From: Klebsormidium nitens
Lineage: Eukaryota > Plantae > Klebsormidiophyceae
Length of the DNA: 47,675 bases
NCBI GenBank assembly: GCA_000708835.1
Contig: DF237596.1
Location: 1-47,675 of the forward strand
Reading direction: 5' to 3'
The position numbers and the translations under genes are program-made. A model generated the notes under the pieces. It had not been told where the DNA came from. It ran no database searches and worked only from the letters and a program-made list of their open reading frames with translations. Positions 40,401 to 47,675 of this stretch are shown piece by piece. Positions within the stretch are counted from its first letter, which is position 1; the number at the start of each line of letters is the position of its first letter.

Positions 40401-40639
40401 GCTCAAGCCGGGAAAAGGCTGACTAACTTCTGCACACGTGGGAATTGCATTCGTGGATTGTTGCTAGGGTGTGGGGCCTTAAGCGCCAACCTGGTTGTCT
40501 GGTTCGATAGGCAGCCTCAGACGCTGCAGTGAAGGGAGCATCGGCCGTTCTTGTGCGCCGTGGGCCCAGGAGGTATCTTTGTGTCGACTCTTGATTCAGG
40601 TTTTCAGTGCCGATCAAACAGTGTTAGTACAGATTATAG

Positions 40640-41600
40640 TCACCGTTGAGGTCGCTCCGGCATATTTCTGCGAGACGAAAAAGTAAAAATGGGGATCGCT
40701 ATTCATACCGTCGATTCTTGCGGAATTTTCTTAGCCAATGCACCTTTTGCACTCAAAGATCTGCCGGCCGTGTACCACATGACCACTCCGAGGCTCGTTC
40801 ATGGTGCTACATCAAGTTGGCAAGCTGCATGCCCCATGCACTCCAAGGATTATGTATATCAATAGTATGTGTCTGTGCGGCTATTGCCACCTGCACTAGC
40901 TGGACTCATCTAAATATGTGGAGCGATCATATTGGGCATGCATGCCAATGCATAAGTTTCCCTCCAATCAGAATGAGCTTAGCTTCGACATGATCGCGAT
41001 TATTGTATGTATCGAGTCATCATAATTCACATGATATATGGCAGATCAATGAGTTCACGATCCTGCATGTCACCTTGCATGCCAGGTATATTCATACAGC
41101 AAACGACGGTCTGGTCGAAGCTCATGACTTCGCGGTCTCGACTAATTATTATATGATGGCGAACTTGAAATAACGATTATTCTTGCATTCTAGTAGGCGC
41201 ATGCGCTCGCAAATGTTTCGATCATATCAGTGATCGAGTCCCCATGTCAGACGTTGATTACTTAGGACGCGACGTAGCATACATCAATTTGGCATGGTGA
41301 CTGCATGCTTGTCTGTGGTAAAGTACGTATCGTATGTTAAATGTCGGATATCAGGATATAGCGCTGGGCCCCTGCAGTCACTGATACCCCTCCGGGCTCC
41401 CTGATCGATCGATGACAAGTAGATGTGATTATATTCAGAAACCTATGTTGGCGGCCGCCAATAATCAAGCAGTGATTGACAAAACGAGGCTTCTGGACGT
41501 ATGCAGCTGCGCGGCCCTGCAGTTGCGCCTGGGACAGCTTTTGATCAATAGCTGGCGCACATGAGCTGTACAGTCAGGCGACAGGTCACTCAACTGACCC
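40640..41600. other. Palindrome-rich intergenic block E (GTE/GT92 convergent gap)
   Basis: GGCATGCATGCC 40935-40946, GCGCATGCGC 41197-41206, ATCGATCGAT 41404-41413. Confidence 0.55.
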
Positions 41601-41958
41601 CAGACGCGCACCAATCCCTTTACCCAGCTTCGCCTTTATTTGCAGCTTTCCCCAATTTTTGGAACGTCTTTCAAACTTGCCGCTCGTTTCCATGAGTTAT
41701 TGGGTACATGTCGAGCACTCCTCTTTGCGCCGCCTGCTGCGGTGTGAGGTCATGTAGTCATAGTGTCCCACATCCTGAGCCACGTGCCGCGGCCGAGGAT
41801 CTGCAGATTGAAGCAAATTGCCGCACTAGGCCGCAACAACTCGCAGACTCAATCTGTGCGTACCCGACCTAGGCGGATACAAGACTTCGAAGCCACTGTT
41901 GGTGCGAAGAGCGCTGTAGGCGGAGGATATGCGGCTACTCTTCAAAGGGACCAAAGCG

Positions 41959-44900
41959 TCACCGCAGTGCTCTCGTTTCGCGACTTTCCAACTGCAGCTC
42001 CAACGGCCCGGCGCTGTCCTCCGACTCCAACACGGCGAGCATCCGCTGCTCAACCCGCCTTTCTAGTCGCCGCACCACCTCCTTGCTAAGCTCCCCGGGG
42101 CTTATCCTCACAACCCCGGAATCTTCCCGCCTCTTGCTTCTTGGCACCCTCTCGCCCCCTTTCAAACCCAACACACGGGAATCCAGAGCCGCACTTTCGT
42201 TCACTGCCCCCGTCCGCAATCTCCTCATCTCCCGGTCACATGCCTGCACGGCGATCTCTTCCCCGGGCGCTTCTCTGTGCTGCAGCTGCTCCCCCGGGGT
42301 CACCTGATCCAGGTCGGGCGACAGACCGATGTATCGGACCTTGCTGCCGGCCGCGATCAGCATGCGCGCCTCGGCTGCGCCAGCTGGCGCTGCGGAAAGC
42401 GGCCACGTGCATTGCTGGAAGAGCAGGGAGTGGTTGCCGGGCAGCGCGGACGAGTTGAGAGGCATCGTGTTCCTGCAAGGATTGGTGGTGACATTTTGTG
42501 TGCAACTTTGGGCGTTGAAGTCAAGCGCGTCACGAACACTCAGGGACTGAGCTCAATTTTGAGATATGATCCTTTCAGATGAGTTAAGATATTTTAACAT
42601 GAAAACCAAGTCAGGAATCTTGTTCGAGGTTCAGACGTGCTCCGATTCTTCCAAGCATTCTTCTGGGCGAGGCCGGTACAAGTGCTGGTCAAAGAGAGTT
42701 TTTACGGCTCGTCTCGAAAATCATGAACGCTTGCACACTCGTTCGTCTTTGATAAATGCAGTATAACGTGAACAAATCCGCAATGAGCTGCTTCAGACGA
42801 AACTTTTGGATCTGCCGTATCAATGTTGAGAGTCGTTGCAGCATAGCCGTCCTCCCCTTCCAGCCTTGCCTTCTCGATCTCTCAAGAAGAAAATGAAACA
42901 GGACGCGTCGGTGAATTCTCCAGACGGCCGCTCACCAGAACGTGGGCAGCTCCACGATCGCCACGTCATCGCTCAGCGCCGCGCTCCAGTTGCCGAAGCT
43001 GTGCCCGTACTGCGCTCCAATCTGAAACAAAAAAAGAGCACGCCCTTGCATGATGGAGTTCCAAGCCTATATAAAGATGCTCGAGGGCATGCAACATGCT
43101 CTGCAATTAGGTGTTCCAAAATGCAACGGCGGTCAGAATTCATTCCTCTCGCCGATCAAGGCACCGGATACGGAGGACTGTACGTGGCGACTTTCATTGA
43201 AAGATCTTCGTTCAAACATACACTTCCGCCTTCCGCTCGACTCTTTCTCGAAAGCACGTGGCCGTTGACTCCTCCTAAAAAGCTCTTCATCGAGCACCAA
43301 TTCACAAAGAAATGTCAGAAAGGCTACGGAGATGTACTCCCCCTGGATGACATCGTGGTTGCCCTCCTTTCAACAGTCCAAGCTCGACCGTCACTCCATT
43401 CAACCGCTTTAAAGCTCAACCGTCAGTGCACTCCTTCTTTAGCTCGACCGTCGATCCTTTCCGCTTTCAGCTCGACCGTCAGGTCAGTCTTGTTACGACA
43501 TTCAGCTCGAATTCCGATCCGTTCCGCTCTGAGCATTCCGTTCCTGCGCGTACCTGTACATGCGCGGTGGGCCCGTCCAGGAAGAGGGTCCAGTGCGCGA
43601 GCCCCCGGGTGTGCCACAGGCACTGGTTCCGCGCCAAACTCCGCCAGTCCCGCGCGCTGCTTCCGTTTCCGCTGGGCACTTCAGACGCCTCCCATGGCAC
43701 CACCGTAACCAGCTTTTCCCGCTCGTAATCTTGCAACACATTTCTCTCGCCAGCTGGCATGTACACAAACAAGTGCTCGACGCCGATGACACCCACGTGG
43801 TACTCCACAGACTCGACCCACTCTGCGCGTGAGACTGTGGCGTTAATCGGCCCCACGCACGCCGCCAGCTGGAACCGCGGCTGCCGCACTAGGCTCGCGA
43901 GCGGCTTCAGCGTGAAACTAGAGCGGGCGACGTTTCCGTCCGAGCTCGTGGGCAGCCCGTTGACACTACCGTCTGTTTCTACACTGTCCAGCAGGCTGAG
44001 TGTCACGGGCAGCAGCGTGGCCGGTTCAAGCAGCACGGTATTGGGCCTCCACTGCGCGTCTCCCCGCGAGTCGGGGCGCGCTTGTTTCAGCTGGTCGCTG
44101 AACGTTGGGGCGAGGGGGCAGTGTAGCAGAAGCAGAGAGCTGTTGCCCCCCGCCGGAGAGGTTGCGGTCATACGGGCGGTGTTGCGCCCGACCTGGCATA
44201 GGAAAGAGGGGGGCACGAGGGCGGCGGCGGTGCCGTTGGAGTGGAGGGCGAGGAAGAGGAGGGAGAAGAGGCCCAGGAATCGGTCCCGGGTCAGCCACGC
44301 CCTGTTGAAGCAGAAGCTGGGACGTGAGAAGCAAGACTTGATGCTGCTTCTCTTGACAAGACTACTTCATTAAGGACCATCTACGGTCGTGCTTGGTGTT
44401 CGAATAGACCTGTGAACAGCTACTGTCGATTATTGAAGTCCAATACTTCGAAGGAGAACGGAATTTTGATCCTCGCTCGAGAAGGAGATGTCAACCGCAG
44501 CCAGCTAGACTGGCGGCCGAGCGTTATCCTCTAAACCGTAAAGCTGCCTTGCTTGAATCGTCCCCATCTACGCTCGCCAATCTGCCGAAGTCCAAGCTCA
44601 CACCAAGCAGTTTCAGCTCGTTTTCAATCTCTGCTCATTGCATCACCTGTAGATTCGTATCCAGGCATCCCCACTTGGCGTCGCCAGCTCGAGCCACGTC
44701 CCATTCTCCCCCCCTTTCTCCAGCTCGGCAATCCCTAGGGACCACAGCGGCAGTGCTCCTGGGCTCCCGTCCTCCTGCTCTTCGGTCTCTGCCGCTGCTC
44801 CGGACGCATTCACACTGCCACTTAACGCCCGCCCATAGAGATTGACGGTCACCTCGGGGGCGGTTTCATTCCAGCGATACCACCGGCTGAGGCGCGAGAT

Positions 44901-45763
44901 GCGTTTTGCAGTCAGAGGGGACGACGTCCCATCTGCAACCGCACTGCTCTCCTCGAAGGTTGGAGAAGAAACGGTGACAGTCACACTGCAGCTGGCAGTC
45001 ACTCCTGCACTGGAGTTCCCCGTTCCGTTTCCACTCCCCTCTATGACCCCTGGGGGTGTGCACACAGTAATACCCGTTTCGCTCAACGCTGTCCCGTCTT
45101 TCTCCTCTGTACTCGTTCCATTCCCTGTTGCCCCGAGCTCCTCTGACTGCAGCCTGAGCGCAAACACGTACGCATCTCCGTCCATGAGCAAGCCCGCATT
45201 CTCAAACGGCATCCGCTTCTCTTCCTCGCTGAGCTGCCGGAACTGCTCCCACACCTCCCGCCGGCTGCCGTTCTGCTCGTCCCTCACGCCTAGTTCCCGC
45301 AGCCGCACCTCCGTGTCCCCATCTTGAATCAGGCTTGCATCGTACTGCGCCTGCCGACACCCCCCCCCGCTGTCCCCCTCCCCCTTGCATCCACTTTCCG
45401 CCACTGCCTGTGAGCCCTCAAACAGCCCCCCTGTCGCGTTTCTGTCCACAAACAGACTCCCACTCGTCACTTGTTCCCCCCCCCCTTGTTTCGATCCTTC
45501 CTGGTGGCCTTGTTAAGCATCGTCCGCGCAGGCATGCGCACGAGCCTTATTGCAGAGTGGGGGTCATTGGCAAGGCGGTCGATGGAGACCCGTGTTTGAT
45601 TCAGCAGGTTGCTCCCCGACAAGATCACTGTCATCCCAATGAGGCCCATAAGGGGCAAAAGCAGCGCAGCCGCTCGTTGACGCACGCCCTTGCGCGGGCT
45701 GCGCATCCGTGGGCTCAGCAACCGAGGGGAGCGGGGACTGAGGGGGGCTTCTTTTTGCCCCAT
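41959..45763 (-). CDS. Type II membrane protein with glycosyltransferase family 92 (DUF23)-like domain, 4 exons, about 820 aa; apparent frameshift in exon 1
   Basis: Exons 45763-44647 (frame break at the G10 run 45485-45476), 44301-43554, 43021-42936, 42472-41959. Short basic N-tail, TM segment AAALLLPLMGLIGMTVILSG, long stem. GT92-like core LAACVGP...EWVESVEYHVGVIGVEHLFVY...LVTVVPW...NQCLWHTRGLAHWTLFLD. More than 15 N-X-S/T sequons. Confidence 0.72.
43381..43535. repeat. Intronic degenerate tandem repeat, about 28-35 bp period, core AGCTCGACCGTC
   Basis: Core at 43381, 43413 (AGCTCAACCGTC), 43441, 43469, and partial at 43504; the flanking CCGCTTT is also shared. Confidence 0.75.
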
Positions 45764-46139
45764 TGCGTATCTGTTCTGCCAAACGAGATGCCTCAAGCAT
45801 AGTTATCTGAGGACAGGGGACTGGGGCACTGACATGCGGCCATAGCATTTGGTTGTACGTCCAATCATACACTACACTAAACTGTAATGCTGGCTATGGA
45901 AAGGGCAACTTGTGTTCGCATTGATGTTGATGTCTGCCTCCTTTTGCGCAACACTTTGCCCTCTCATTGGCAATGCTGGCCCCCAAACCTGCCCATCTTA
46001 CCGGTCGCTTTCTCGGTTCTCTCTGTTCACCAACTTCTGGATGGGCTGCCCCCACCATTGCCTGGATATCAAATTAGCGACGCACAATTGAAGCGTCTAC
46101 TCTGCGAACCCTGACGGCCTGCCCTGCCCATCTTAAGTG

Positions 46140-46148
46140 AAACCCTAA
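46140..46148 (+). promoter_or_regulatory. Canonical telo-box AAACCCTAA upstream of the GT92-like gene, with site II-like TGGGCT at 46042
   Basis: Exact AAACCCTAA match about 380 bp upstream of the ATG at 45763. Confidence 0.45.
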
Positions 46149-47675
46149 TCTGATATTCTTGATTCCGCACTGACATCTTTACATCTTCGTGCAGCAGGAA
46201 AGCCCCTGATCTGAAACCTCAACAATAACATGCCAAACGCAGCATGAAGCGCAGGAGTCCCGTTCACTCATTCTCTTCTGCAACCACAACATGACCATCG
46301 CAATACCTGGCTTCCATGATGATGACAATGTTGCATGCAACGAGACGCCGCAGGATGGTCTGAATTGGCAACGCTCTGAATCAGACTTTCTCTCAGGCTG
46401 GATTCGCGTGAAATGTATACGCCGGTTCATACACCTCCCGGCTGTGGAACGAGGACCGCATCGGGGTAGCACACCTTTACTTGTTGCCCGGTGGGATCAG
46501 CTCCGGCTGCATTGTTACAGAGCTTTCCCATGCGCGAGACCTCTATCTGGCGCTGGACCGAACAGGGTGCGTACCATACTCGACGCACCCCGCGGTACGT
46601 ACCTGGGCATGAAAAATGGCCAATGGCATGCATAGAATTGCTGCCATGGTGTCATTGCTGGAACCTCACTGTTGACATCATTTAGGTTTGACCCATTCCT
46701 TAACTGTTGATAATTCTGCCGTTCTCGCAGGCATACGTGCTGCAAAACCGGTGTCAGAATCTCCTGTACTTACACCGTCCGGACGTCCGACCCGGAACAG
46801 GGAGGCTAACAACCACGTCCAGGCAGATTGACGGTGCTGGTTGCCCGACGCTTATCCAACGGCTGCGAAGTCCTGATCTCAAACCCGGTGTCTAATTTTG
46901 CTTCCGCTTTTCAGGTTTTCAGAAAGGATAAGATCAGATCTCATTTCGCCCAATGAAACTGCCTTTGCTGACTGAATTGTAACGGTTGAAACATCTCCTT
47001 ATGTTTTACGACCGTGTGGCTGATCTTAGATACCAATAAAAGAGCAAGTTTAAAAGTCGAAGGGGGAAAACGTTACCCCCAATCTGGAATTGGCACACAA
47101 TAGCTTCGTCGACACGTGACAGCTATATCTTAGGAAAGGAGCAAGCTTTCTTCCTCTTTTTCCAAGCTGTGTGCCAGCAACCTACTCTCCTACGCGCGCC
47201 ATGGCGTGAGCAACATCAGACGAGAGCTGGCTGCGCGGCAAAACTTTTTGAAGTCTGCGGTTCTGCATCTTTGAACGCTGCGGGTACTTCTACATCTGAC
47301 TACATCTTCGTCACTCCTCTTACAGGTATCATTCTCATCAATGCCAAAGCTCTGCGAGAGCACCAACGACTTGCTTGATTAGATGGCTGGCTAGATTTGA
47401 ACGTGATGATTCAATTGTTTGCTTAATGCATTGCTCTCACCAAAGATGCTTTCTTCTCATCTCGAATTGCTTAACATCAAAATAAGCTGCAGCCAGCTCT
47501 CATACTTTGTCAAGAAGTGATCAGGAGACCCATCCAAGCTGTAGTGATCAGGAACACGTTTCCATAATGGTCCAAAGGAGGGTTTACTTCTTAGACGTTT
47601 AGAGCGACTGATGCTTATTAATGTAGAATAGTCTAGATTGATTTTGACACGACAGCTTGCAGAACATCAGCTTCA

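Noticed and set aside
41765-41774. Plant snRNA USE-like GTCCCACATC (partial copies also near 17602 and 28770)
   Set aside because: There is no correctly spaced TATA box and no recognisable snRNA downstream.
43381-43535. CRISPR-like repeat-spacer pattern
   Set aside because: The repeats are only 12 bp, the spacers share sequence, the context is a eukaryotic intron, and there are no cas genes.
42836-43708. 290-aa plus-strand ORF
   Set aside because: It is antisense to the GT92-like exons and spans an intron; no motif is recognisable.
46291-46635. 114-aa ORF at the right end
   Set aside because: No recognisable motif, no coding-like GC3 bias and no supporting splice structure.

Overview
Left end of a eukaryotic chromosome, GC-rich in exons and intron-dense. 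The gene content is plant-like, most consistent with a streptophyte green alga such as Klebsormidium (inference, not proven). The window opens with a two-layer telomere: 21 x TAAACCC followed by 8 x TAAAACCC. Eight multi-exon genes can be reconstructed by hand with phase-consistent splice sites: HMG-CoA synthase (-), violaxanthin de-epoxidase-related protein (+), LOG (-), HY5-type bZIP (+), fused alpha/beta organellar glycyl-tRNA synthetase (-, 30 exons), OPR/old yellow enzyme (+), a GTE/BET bromodomain-ET protein (+) and a GT92/DUF23-like type II membrane protein (-). A weak ninth, unidentified spliced unit lies at about 34.1-35.9 kb (-). Gene orientation alternates strictly. Every tail-to-tail gap, and the gap between the telomere and the first gene, holds a 0.5-1 kb AT-richer block rich in purine/pyrimidine-alternating mini-palindromes. 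Several head-to-head gaps carry telo-box-like motifs. Two genes (GlyRS, GT92-like) show single-base frameshifts in G/C homopolymers, most likely consensus errors. Most ORFs in the six-frame track are antisense or intronic noise. No CRISPR array, rRNA or intact transposon is supported.
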